64,000 bases of DNA from contig JBLDXI010000021.1 in the NCBI GenBank assembly GCA_047495785.1, positions 1,860,001 through 1,924,000 on the forward strand, written 5' to 3'. Within the stretch, counting starts at the first letter, position 1. The number at the start of each line of letters is the position of its first letter. Shown piece after piece: positions 23,199 to 35,483 of this stretch. Source of the DNA: Lepidodermella squamata (Eukaryota > Animalia > Gastrotricha). The translations under genes were made by a program, and so were the position numbers. The notes beneath the pieces are model-generated. The model was not told the DNA's origin. It saw only the letters and a program-made list of their open reading frames with translations, and did not search any database.

Positions 23199-24671
23199 TT
23201 AAGACGAAACAGCTGACGTTTCGCCATCGTCGACGCTTGACAGCAGACTACACGCTTGTTGGTCTTCAGAGGCGGGTGGTGAGGATTTCACTAACCGGGG
23301 CGAGAAAAAGTAGCGGGTGCGTTGAATGAGCCAACGCGCTTGAACACCTCTGAAAGGGCTGCAGCAAACTTTCACGAAGCTCATTATCGGGTCCCAGTGA
23401 TCCCATTGCGAAGTCAGTGCGCCCAGCGTGAAGCCGAGAAGAATAGGCAACATTGCGATAATTTCTAGCAATCCAACATTAACGGAACGAATAAGCCAGT
23501 CGGCAAGCATTGCGAGAGGAATGGTGAGAGACAGCGAGATCGTAGCCGTTAGGGATGATGTCATGTAGGCTCCTATCAGCCATAGGGCATCCGCGATGAC
23601 TGAGCCAACAAGCGAACTGGTTGTCAATAAGATCAGCACGTTATAATCGGTTGGAATTTGAAATGTTTCGATTTCAAGGAAATGCAGAACGATAAAAGCT
23701 GGCCAGAAGAAGAGCAGGCAATAAAGGCCCATAAAGCCCAACAGAGACAAAACACCGGATGTCGATTGATTGGGGCACCTCCGCTTAATTAACGTCAGAT
23801 AGGCCGCGTAGAGAAACGCTGATGCCAAAGCGAAAGCAAGCCCTAGAGGTGTAGCTTCCAAGGAGGCATCAGCTAGTCCGGCTAAAACCGCTCCTGTAAT
23901 CATGAGAGAAACAGCTACCAATTTAGTGAGGGTCAACCGGTCTGACGGCGACGATGGCAAGATAACTCCGAAGAACAAAATAAAAACTGAAGACGTCAAA
24001 CTCAAAATATTAGCCATTCCAGCCTCGGTGAAGCGAAGCGCCAACGCATAGAAATAGTTTGCGAAAAACCAAAGAGTGACACACTGAACTGCCAGGTACG
24101 CGTGTTCTCGCCATCCTCCTCTTCTCACAGGTAATTTCGCAATTGGCGAGTTATCGAGAGATTTAGACGAAGAGCTTTTCACCAAATGACGAACTTCGGT
24201 CACATTTTTGAATCTGACCGATTTAGTTGGCGATCTTTCAGACCGGCTCATGTGAAAACTATTGTTCTTCCGAATCGGCGTTGCGTAATACACCGCCTCA
24301 TCCTCATCGGTGTCATCGAAGTCGAACCGATTATCAGGACTCTTCAGAGGCACAAAATGAGAGTCCGATAGTTCTAATATTGCATCATCCTGAATGCCAC
24401 CGAAACCTTGACAGCCATTTTTCAGCACGTGAATTGTGAAAATAACCCAGAGATACAAAGAAAATAGAGCAGATTTGAAGTAAGTCAAGAAATAAGCGCC
24501 AGTTTTCATTTTTTGCTTCTCGTTTGGATGAGTATCCTTCTGGTCAGATTTGGGCGAATTTGCGTCATCCTTGATCAGCAATGTGGCTACCTCGGCGGAA
24601 AAGACCCATAGCACGCAAACTAGGAACAGAATGGCGACACCAGGGAACACTCGCCGCAGCACATCTGCCAT
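23199..24671 (-). CDS. SLC35F5: Solute carrier family 35 member F5-like (EamA/DMT), intronless
   Basis: Multi-TM 490-aa ORF; LWVFSAE, FLTYFKSALFSLYL, VRFKNVTEVR, LWFFANY, DRLTLTKL, TSSLTATISLSLTIPLAMLAD. Confidence 0.88.
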   Translation of the reverse strand: MADVLRRVFPGVAILFLVCVLWVFSAEVATLLIKDDANSPKSDQKDTHPNEKQKMKTGAYFLTYFKSALFSLYLWVIFTIHVLKNGCQGFGGIQDDAILELSDSHFVPLKSPDNRFDFDDTDEDEAVYYATPIRKNNSFHMSRSERSPTKSVRFKNVTEVRHLVKSSSSKSLDNSPIAKLPVRRGGWREHAYLAVQCVTLWFFANYFYALALRFTEAGMANILSLTSSVFILFFGVILPSSPSDRLTLTKLVAVSLMITGAVLAGLADASLEATPLGLAFALASAFLYAAYLTLIKRRCPNQSTSGVLSLLGFMGLYCLLFFWPAFIVLHFLEIETFQIPTDYNVLILLTTSSLVGSVIADALWLIGAYMTSSLTATISLSLTIPLAMLADWLIRSVNVGLLEIIAMLPILLGFTLGALTSQWDHWDPIMSFVKVCCSPFRGVQARWLIQRTRYFFSPRLVKSSPPASEDQQACSLLSSVDDGETSAVSS

Positions 24672-24789
24672 CGCCCAAAATTCACTAATAATAACGCCTA
24701 AACAACAGAGGTATAAACGTTAGTTCCATTCAAGTCATCAATATTTGAGCTAACGAAAACAAGGACTGTTGTAATCAAAGTGGAGAATA

Positions 24790-26265
24790 TCAACGTTGAA
24801 AATTGGAAGAATCACCGGATGCCCAAAATGGGCGCGAAAACTGTCTGTCTTGAAAACCTGAAAAATTGTTCACCAGATTAGCTGAGAAGTTAAGCATATC
24901 AGTGCTATTGGATCGAGGAAGGTTTGTGTTTGAAAGACTGCCGTTTGCCCCCATTCCGCTTGCAAATTGCGTGGGCATAACGCTTCGACTGGGATTACCA
25001 AACATCATTACGTTATTACCACCTAGGGGTTGAGCAAATAGCGAAGGGTGCCTATTGGAAGCAGCTTCGCGGTAATTGAGCAATGGTTCTGGTTCTCGAT
25101 TTTGCACAACGCGGCGTAACCGCATAGGACCTAAATGACACCAAGTTTATGTAAATTTAAAACATCAAAATGCTCTACACACCAGTAGTGTCGCGTGATG
25201 GCGCCAGAGATTCATTTCCTCGTTTTTTAGAGCCAGCAGCCGCAGCGGGAAGGAGGGGCTGAGCAAAGGTTGGGCCATCTGAGAATCGATCTTTTTGCCG
25301 TTCTTGGCGATCACGAAGCGCACGAATGTTCAAGTATTCGATGAACTCACATATCGCGGATGTCATGAATCGATGGGCATAACCATTCCAATGAATACCG
25401 TCTAATTCGCGCCACTCTTGATAATTGCGAAGCCTGTCAATACCAATTATAACCATAACTCCAGACATCTCAACCATGAGCTCACATATAATGCAAATCA
25501 AGTACGTTGATGTCGTAAAATGGTGCGACGTTTTCCGCTACCCAGCGATTGGCTTCCAAAATATCAAGACGCAGGCGAGAAACATCCATGAATTGAACAG
25601 TGTTAACGATAAAACCGCCTTTGATTTCTGCACCAAGGGGTAGAGTCGTGAGCCAGATTATCTCAGTGGTATTAGGAACAACTCGATCGTGACAAAGACG
25701 CGTGAAAAAACGTTCGAGACTTGTCTTGTATTCTGAGATTGCTTCTGGGCCGTATCGTGTGATGTCCCACACGCAAGAATTAACAATTAGAATATCTGGT
25801 GGGCATCGTTTCAAATCCTCGAAAACCACACTTTCCACGTAATCGGAGTATATTTTTGTTAGAAAGAAATATCTATAAGAGGATTGTGATTAGTACCCAC
25901 GACAGAGCTACAAATCACCCTTACTTGAACACGTTGGCGTCGTGCTGATAGCATCTGATCTCCTCGTATTCCTTTCCGTTGGTCATTCTGTCACTTCGAC
26001 GCAGCAATTTATCATTCAAGAACGAATTTTCTCCCTTGGCTTTAAGATTCTGCGGAGTAAGCAGCTCATCAGTCTGGTGCAGCTTAACAAAATCTTTGTA
26101 GATCGCACGCTGAACTGTAATTATAAATTTTAACATGAAGACTTTTGGGATAGGAAACTAACTAGAATCTCCGAGAATGCAGACATATTGGTTATAAAAT
26201 ACATTCCTGAATTCGGCTGTGTTCCATGTTCTCCTCGGGCGATCAGGTAGATCAGATGCAGACAT
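24790..26265 (-). CDS. PCED1A: PC-esterase domain (SGNH-like) protein FAM113/PCED1
   Basis: Exon 1 ...VCILGDS, then QRAIYKD, LKAKGENSF, PDILIVNSCVWDITRYGP, LRLDILEAN, VLDLHY, DGIHWN (catalytic GDS and DxxH). Confidence 0.87.
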
Positions 26266-27827
26266 TGGATAATGAGAACTATCTAAAAATAAAAGCAGGT
26301 GTTTTTATATAAAATCCAGTAGCGGGGATACGTTATAGTATTCACTCCCAAATAAGTAGGCACAAGTGGTGCCCTATTTGAAAGTCCACTATGCTTTAAT
26401 GCGATGGCGCCTTAATCCTGGAAAGACTTCGATAGAGTTGAGTGCACACTAAGGGACCCAGGGATGCTCTTAGGGCGTAATTTTGCCGAGGAGACGCCCC
26501 ATGCCCCATGCTATCCTTGAATAATTTTCATAGTGTCGACCACTGATAAAATTGCGAGAGGAGAGGAGGATGAACCAGAATGTAGATCGCCGAGCGTCGA
26601 ACCCAACGAATTCGACCACTAGTGAAGCGGCAAGACACGATTGCACCCTTTAGTGCCCGCTGCAAGCTACGGATCATCATCATCGTCATCTTTATGCATC
26701 CGCATACACGGTTCCTGGTCATCGGTCATCGCCTCTTCAGCATTCTTCGGTTGGCACCTGGGCAAAGCAGGCTACTTTGTCAAGCAGGCTCAAGAGCAGA
26801 GAGAGAAGGACAACTTGAACCCTGAAGAACTGGGGCGATGATGAAACAGCTAACGGAAAAAAACTGACTTTTGATATACCGCCATTAATTATGATTAAAT
26901 ATTTTTTCTATAAAATTGCGTGATTTTTAACGCGTGATTTATACATAAATGTGTAATTTTATGAAACAAATGTGTAAACAATTTGAAAATTAAGACAAAA
27001 ACAACAAAAAAATAGGTTGTTTACATCGAAACGTAGCGCCTTGTACATCGCTTTTTGTTGTGTCCATTCCAATTACATCACTTGGCAATGACACAGTTAA
27101 CTGTTCTGCAGTCAGTGTTTCGGTCTAATTCATGTGTTCGCTGACATTGCATCTAGTTTGGTGTTTTTTTTACATTATACATAGCAGTTGATAGTTACTA
27201 GAAATTATCAGTGGTCTGTGGCTCTTAGCCAAGATAAACTGATCCTGTGCTCTTTCATCTTATATAATCTCCTGCTCCTGAAAGAATCGCAAATCGCTTT
27301 CCCTCTGATTTCTCGATTCTAATTTTTTCAAGGTGGCAGCTTCTGTTATTGAGAATTATTAATAGACTTGGGACTTGCCGTGATAAGCTCGCCTTAGCAA
27401 CACTGTCTATCCATAAAAAGAAATGTCCTTCCTAACGTGATAGCTTTTAGTTAGCCCACCTAATGTTTTCATTATTACCGTTACCGTTGTTCGAACGATC
27501 CTGAATTAATGGCATTGCATAGCATATCATCAAGTCATTTACAAATGCTTCTCGATGGTATTTCCTTCAACTATATATACACAATCATGCTATCATCGTT
27601 GATGATATATGTATCAGCTATTACAGAAGCATTGGTCACATTATGTGAAACACGATCTAGAATTGGCCATTTTAAGTAGCTTCGGCTAAGAACATTTATT
27701 AATTAAATTATTTACTCATTTCTTGCCACCAGTTTCCTCAATTACTAACTACTAATTGGATTTGTTTCTTTATAGAAATTTATATTTGATACCATCATCT
27801 ATGAAAGAGCGCTAGAAGTATTCCGAT

Positions 27828-30800
27828 ATGAGTGACGTGTCAGATTCAGAGTCTCCGTCTAAAATGGGCGAGTGCTCGTCTGATTCACTGCATTCGCCGG
27901 GCTCGTCTCTTCCTGGTCCTCTGGTCGCTAGAGTTCAGCATCTGGGCTCTCTTGACCCTCGCAGTTCAGAGCTTTCTAGCCCACAAGGTAGTCATTCGGG
28001 TAGAGGGCGTACGAAAAATAAGGACGAGAAGTGGTGTGGCGTTTGCGGTGATAAAGCTCTTGGCTACAATTTCGATGCGATCTCATGTGAAAGTTGCAAG
28101 GCATTTTTTCGGCGAAATGCGAATAAAGGAGTGGTACGTTGTTGCCGGTTTACTTGGTGCAATTTAAGCCCTGTTATTACAATTTTAGGAAGCCTTCAAG
28201 TGTCCATATAACGGAGAATGTAAAATGGACCGAATCAACCGGCGATTCTGTAAACGGTGCCGTCTAAAGAAATGCTTCGAAATCGGAATGCGGAAAGAGT
28301 ACATTTTGAGTGAAGAAGAAAAGTCTAGAAAGCGAACTCTTATCGAGCACAACAGGTCTGCTCAAATGGGAAAGAATTTACAATTATTTGGCGGTTTTTA
28401 TGTTTTTAGACGTCAACGCGAAATTCGGAAGATGAGCTCTACCTCTTTTGCGTCCTCTGCCTCCGTTGGGTCGGGCGAGAGCAGCTCTGGTCCTCATGCC
28501 AGCAAGCGGTTATCACTCGGCAGCATTAAGTCAGAACCCAGTTCAGTAAGCAGCGGCGGAAGTGGAGGAGATGCATCACGATCACCCAGCTCTTTGAACG
28601 CAGCATCGCATAGAGGGCCTTCGCTCGGCGGACCAAGTCCGTCTCTCGCATCAGCGCAAGTGCCTTTCGCTCTACTCATGGCTGCTAATGGCAGCGCTGG
28701 TGATGTAACTGTGGATTCGGTGTCTCCCTACGTCTTGACCTCAATCGATCAGCAACTGATCGACGAGGTCGTGCGTGCTTACAAAAATTCGCTCAATATT
28801 ACAGTTCCTAAAGAACCTCCTCGAGAAGCCGCCAACAACCTACCTGATCTTATAAACATTGCTGAAGTCAGCATTCGTCGAGTCATTAATATGTGCAAAA
28901 ATATCAGCGCATTCAGAGTAAGTTTGGTCAATTCTCGAAAACTGAATTTTTCAAATTTTTATTTTTATTTAGAAACTAAATCGGGACGATCAAACTAGTT
29001 TATTAAAAGGTGGTTCGATAGAACTGCTTGTGTTAAGATCAGCACTAACCTTCGACAAAGAAAAAGAGCGGTTTCTCGACCCCACAGATCGCGAAGAGGT
29101 ATCAGCGATGACCGCCGAACAATTGAAACGGGCGGAGTTGGCGACAAATCCCATCGGGCCTCAAATTTTCGAGCAGCATTTTGGTCTAATCACTTGTCTC
29201 GTCAAAGAGCTGAATGCCGATGAAATTACAATGATCCTCCTCCTCGTCATTTGTTTATTCTCGCCAGACCGGAGTGGCTTGGCAGATGTCGCTACCGTAT
29301 CTGAAGTCCAGGAGCGATATTCTCTTCTGCTACAAAAATACCTATACTCGATCTACGATAAAGAGTGGGTTTTGCCTTTTCCATCATTTTTTCTTTTTTT
29401 TTCGTTTTCATCATAGATTTTAGGCATATTATTATTACTATCGTATCTTCAATTATTTCAATTGTTAAAATGTTGTGGCGGTCTTCACGCCTCGTTATCA
29501 ACGTTATCATCGTTGCCTAAAATTCATGCCCACATTTTTGAATCATCGTTGTTTTATTGCGACCGACGCGCGTTTGAAATATGTGTGGCAGGTCAGGCTC
29601 CGTAATTTGTTTAGTAGACACAATTTGTGTACATAGCGAAAGAGAGAATACGCGCTATTTTCACACTCGTTGAGCGATGTGCTTCCCGGTGCAATGGTTA
29701 GGTGCCTCAAGTTTGTTTGGTTCGTCCGTGTTGGTTTGTTGGTGTGGTGGTTGGTTGGTTGGTTGGTTGGTTTGCCGGTCGGTCGAATGAATAGCCGCTG
29801 TAGAGGAGAAAACACGCTGCTATTCCGTATTTTATACATTATACATCATGGCATTGACACTACTACCAAAACCGTTTTCATTTCGCTCTTTCTCGCCACA
29901 AATAACGCTGCTGCTGCTGCTCTAAAATGCTGTTAGCATTTGTATATATTACATTATACATGGAAGAGTAGAGACCTGGATGTGTGTGTGTGTGTATGTT
30001 TGGAAGGAAAGAAAGAAAGAAACCGAGCCATGAATGCTTGTGTCTATATATATTATATTGCAGAGTTTTGGCAGTCGATTTTGGTTGCGTAGGTGTTGTT
30101 TTGCTGGCTTTTACTAGCCGTAGCGGCGGCCAGCAGCGAGCGTAGGTCGTACACAAGCGCGCATTTATTGCACACACTCTGTTACTAGCATTAGAGAAAT
30201 GATAGTAAAATGCTGTAGTAGTAATAGTAGTAGTAGTAGAAGTGCTATAATGCGTGCGAGCGTGTGAGGCAGGCCGGTTCAAGAAAAGAAAACTAACTGC
30301 CCGTTTTCTATGCCAGTCAGGCACGAAAGAGCGCGAGAAAGAAAGAATAGCAAAGAACACAACATTTATTATCACGCGTGCGCGCTATACCGGCGAGCGT
30401 ACGTCGTAAAATAGTAGTACGGAACAGCCACGAAAGAAAGCACTTGTTTATCACGAACCTTGGCCTTGGGCAGTAGTGCAATTATTTATACGAGAAAAGA
30501 CGATAGTAGAAAGAGGTTGTTAGAACGGCGAAAGAAAGAAAAGCTGTGTGTTATTGGCCGCGCACTCGCCATTAGCCAAAGTGCTGGTCGGCGTTGTGTT
30601 GTTTATATAGTACCTTTTACCTTCTATATTTTGCATTGCTGCTGCTGCTGCTGCTGCCGCTGCTACGGCGTTTTCATGTTGTTTCTTTATGGCCCACAGG
30701 GCCATTTTCTTGCGATAAAAGTAATGGTCCGCATACAATGCGAGGGCTCCCACGCAAGTGTCGCGGCTTCGTGCTCAATTGCATAGCTTTGCTTGCCGTG

Positions 30801-32620
30801 CAGCTCGCGGTCTTTGACATTTTACCTAGCACTGCTAATACTACTACGTCCGATTCTCTTGACAACTCAGCGGCTACTCCATGTGTATATATATATATAT
30901 ATGTGTGTATGTTGTGTACAAACAAATGCTGCTTTTTCATCATGCGAGCGCGCGGACCCCCGCAGCATATTTATTACCCAGCTTTTGCCAGCAGCTTGCA
31001 TAAATTTATACCTACCTAGTATCTGCAGCACGCATTTTGCACCGTATTTGCAGTACCTAGTGTATTGAATCAGCGGTTCTTTCTCTGCGTCCGGCAACGG
31101 TCAGCGCATTTTATATAGGCACGTACACACATTGCAGCTGAAAATTGCGGGCCGATGATGAAAATGCGCGTGCGTGCGTGCGTCCGGCGTACTATGTGTG
31201 TGCCCTCCGCGCGCGCGTTCGTTCTCTGCAGAAAAGCACGGAAAGGCAGGACATAGGACTGGAGGGGCACACACACACACGGGCTTGATAAAAAGCAATA
31301 GCCTACAACGCGCCTACTAACAAACATTATGTATGCATTTGTGTGTGTTGTTGTTGTCAGAAAGAAATAACAATAATAAAAGAATGCTACGCCGGCCGCT
31401 GCTGCGCTGTGTCCTCCGCAGCGGCGTTATTGTGCGCCGCAAAATATAATATCGACCGATGCTGCAGCAGCAGAAGTAGTAATGGCATAGCAAAATACAG
31501 CGCGCGCGCGCGCGTAATGACGTATAGATGCGAAGCCGAGGGCGGGCCTCGGCGCCTGGTGCCGCTGCTGCTTCTGCGTTTCGTTTCGTTTTGCCTCGTC
31601 AACAAGCCTCTACGCTGCATTCTTTATTACTATTACTGTTATTATTATTTTGTGTGTCACTCGATCGACACGAGCGCGTTTGTTGTTGACGATGATGGAA
31701 ATATATTACAGAATATATACAGAGAGAAATAATAACGTGTAAAATTATATACGCGCGTATATTATTGGCCAGCTAGTCAAAGGAGGCGCGGCTCTGACGA
31801 GGGGGCGTATCGAACGGGGAAACACGCCGGCTATAAGCTGACCACACACACGCGCTCGCTCTCTCGCGTAATAAAAGTAGATTTTTGTTGTTTTGGCAAG
31901 AAACGACGCTAGCTGCGATATTGCTTTTGGCAACGATGATTACCATGAAATACACACGCAAACATGTAATGACGATGATGAAAAGACGACAAAGAAGAAT
32001 ACGAAGCGGATGCGGATGAGGGGCAAAAATACAAATCGATCGTCGACAGGCAGGGGTTTGTGTCCCAACAGCAGCGAATGTCGGGGCTCGCTAGCCGTTC
32101 GCATTACAAAAAGCGTCCCTTCGGTTCCTTGTCCTCGGCTTCGGTCCATTTGCGGTCGATTGCGCTGCTGTTGATGTGAAATTTAAACACGGCTACTTGA
32201 AGCCGAAAACAAAATACGAGAGGCTTACCTCCGCTCCTACGAGACCTGTTCGCCTAATTTAAATCCAGCTGCTGAAAACAAAACATAATTATTATTATTA
32301 TTTAGAAAATTAAATGAGGATGATAAAGATAAAAATTGTTTTTTTTTCTTATCCACAACAGGACTGCTCGATATATTTTCCCGAAGCTTCTAATGAAGCT
32401 GGTCAATCTGCGCGAGCTCAATGAAATGCTGTCGCCAGTACTGGTTCAGGTCAACCAGCACGCGCTGCAGCCGCTCATGCAGGAAGTTCTCAACATCGAC
32501 TATCTGCAGAAGGCGAAAAGCCCGACAGTTTCGACCAGCAGCTCAGCTGCATCTCTCGCAGATCCCGGCGTCATCCTCCCGCCCGGCCCTTACATGCGGC
32601 CGGGCTATCCAACGCCTTGA
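27828..32620 (+). CDS. HR96: Nuclear receptor NR1J (HR96/DAF-12/NHR-8 group)
   Basis: DBD CGVCGDKALGYNFDAISCESCKAFFRRNA...RRFCKRCRLKKCFEIGM; LBD IRRVINMCKNISAF..DQTSLLKGG..LFSPDR. The last exon 32362-32620 (YIFPKLLMKLVNLRELN..LQPLMQEVL, AF-2) joins in phase across a 2997-nt intron (29365-32361). Confidence 0.92.
29365..32361 (+). repeat. Unusually long HR96 intron packed with simple repeats
   Basis: Runs of (GGTT)n, (TG)n, (CTG)n, (TAG)n, (CG)n, (CA)n and (TA)n; its many short ORFs are low-complexity artefacts. Confidence 0.75.
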
Positions 32621-35483
32621 AAAATGATTCTTGTACAAAAAAAATCGGAAATTTGAAGTTGAAGAGAGCGAAACAAACAAGCTTAAATACCAAACCTTGA
32701 ATTTCTCTTATTTATTGTTATCGTTATTTTCCAAAAACTGACCATGGAGTTTTGGTGGATTCTTAAGTTTCTTCTTTCTTTCTGTGGCTCGGGCTTATTG
32801 GTGGTTCATCGCCATTTCCTGTTTGGTTAAAGGGACTCTTCTCACCTACGAACTATGTTGAAAATGTGGTCTATTAGCGTGGAAGACGTAAGCCTTGGAC
32901 TAGGGCATTTTTTTTCCTTCAATCAAGCGTTACTCAACGGGTTAAACTCATGAAACAATTAATTTAGGAGACGAAAACACAAAAAACGAACAATCCGAAT
33001 TCGTTCTTTTGATACGCTTAACCTTCTGCTCAGGATTTGGCTACCTACCTCAAATCAATAGATGATCAGTAACCGATACATCAAACTTCGTTTTTTTACT
33101 CACACTTTCCGTTACAGTTTTCATCCCGTAATTTTTTCTCAGTTCTAAACAAAATGATTGAAATCAAGTGTGTGCTTTTCGCTTTCATTACTCGCAACTC
33201 CATCAGTCCATTTATTTCTGTAACCGTAGATGAGTGTGATGTGGCCTAACGAACAGGATGACCTGTCATTCCTCCTAGCTCCAAGCAGATCCAGCGCAAC
33301 GGTCGCTAACACTTATGAGTTTTACCTACCTCGTCAAGTATTCATTATATTACTTGAAACAGTAGAAAATCGCTTTTTGGCTCCATTTTTTTTACTACGA
33401 AAATTTGCCGCAGACTTCCACTCAAATGGCTCCATGTTCATCAATTTTTTCTCCTTCAATTTTTGATGCATCAACAAATCATCTCATTTATTTCGATTTT
33501 TTATTTCTTCGTTCGTTCATTCATTCATTTTTCAAAGCTTGCTGGAAATCGTCGCTGCAGAAACAAGGAATCACCTATGTGGTCAATGATATCTACCTCA
33601 AGATACCTCATCTACTACATCATCAATTTTTGGTCAATAATTGCTTCAATTTTCAGTAATTTTCTAATTTTTAATTCTTGGACGCCTTTTACTGGCTATG
33701 AAAGTACCTCAGATGTCTAGCTCATTCTTCAACCGAAGCCTCTTGGTCGGAAATTCTTCTTTACCTCGTCCTAATCAGATTTTACGAAGTGACACGAAAC
33801 GAGAATAATGCGAGAGCTCTATAGATGAATCTGCCTCAAAGATTATATAAAGATATAGAAATCTATCCCCTTCTTGGGCATATATATATATGAAGAATGA
33901 AAAAATTTATTCCTTTACTATAGTAATGATAATAATATTTTTGTTGTTTATTTTTTGATCACTCACTTCACAAGTTTCTTATTCTCCTAGTTCTGCTTAC
34001 ATGTAAGAACAGAGATGTAAAACAATCGCCATTACAGAGAGAGAAATTCAGAGATCGATAACCTTTATTATATTTAGTTTGTGGTTGTTTGAAAGAAAAA
34101 GATTGATTTTTTTATTACAAAGAGAGAAATATCTATGTCTATTAAAATTCCTATCAGAGAAAGCCTATTTGAAAAATTAACGTTGAACGACACACTGTTT
34201 AAAACAAAGCTTTTCTTGACCGTTCTTTGCTGAATCCAGACATTGTAAATAACAAAACTTTATTGAAACTCTTGGAATATTCACAAGAGAGATACCTTAA
34301 TTTTTTTGGTTTTATCTTTGCACTAAAGCCCAACTTTCGACTGAGTTGTCGTTGATAAAGAAATATATAAATATATCTGAATATATTAAAATCACTTTTG
34401 GAACATTGATGTTCCTTCATATATTTATATGTAATTAAATTACTGTAGTTTCGTCCATGCGTTCGACGCTAACGATTGAATGGTATTATATTTTTCGTAC
34501 GTAACACTTTTCCCTACTTCGAAGTACATGTTCGTTCATAATTTCATTTCTTCTTCTTCTTCTCTGTGTTGCCTGGCTATCATCATCTTATTTTCTTATA
34601 GAAGATATGGTAAACTACTGCGACTTATCTGCCTAACCTTGAAAACTTATTGAAAGCAAAGATGATGATCGCAACCAAATGGAAATCGGAAATTGAAAGT
34701 TATAAAATAATGTTTATCATTCTTACAGATTGAATTATAAGCGCATGTATCTTTTTCGTTATATTCATAACGTCATCTAGAATTGTGCCGCGCTTTTCTC
34801 GCTCTTCACCATGTGCTTCTGTTGATTCGCTGTGAATACATGTTCTTGTATATTTACAGAAATGAAGAATCTTTATTATAATCATATTATTGTCAATATT
34901 GCTAGTAAAATTGTTATACTATATTTATTAATCTCCGATACCAATTAACTAAAGTTGCTATTCAGAGGACTATCTTCTATTTGTCAACGTCGAAGCGTAC
35001 GGCTTGTTGTAGTAATTTTACACTCATCGCCAGTCAAATTATAGCAACAACTAACAACAATTGAAAGAGAAATAGAATATATATATATATATATATCTGA
35101 AAAAAACGGGTGTATAATGACGATGATAATTTGTGCCTCACTATCTTTTGTCATGATTACGATTCACCCTGCTTTGGTGGTCTATTGTTGTTGTTTGTTG
35201 CGCTTGTTATTAATCATTGATAAAAATTGTCTCATCTCTTGAAATAATTGAACGTTACAACAAGAACAATAACATTTCTGCGACAAGTTACAAAAAAATG
35301 GTAATAATATCATGTTAGAGATGAATAATAACAATAAAATTTGAAGAAATACAGACGTTTCAAAGGTTTTATCTTCCTTTTCATCCGACTTGTTCTCGGA
35401 ATTGTTCTTGACGAATAGTGTGGAATAAATTGCCAATCTATTTGCACATGGTCTTCAGCTTTGTTCAAATATAGGCTTTTAAC

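Noticed and set aside
26474-26500. Sm-site-like AATTTTG within a GGGCGT/ACGCCC hairpin (SL RNA or snRNA?)
   Set aside because: No exon-GT donor stem-loop upstream, and the motif sits in a hairpin loop.
29543-32174. Numerous overlapping 60-165 aa ORFs
   Set aside because: Low-complexity translations of intronic simple repeats.
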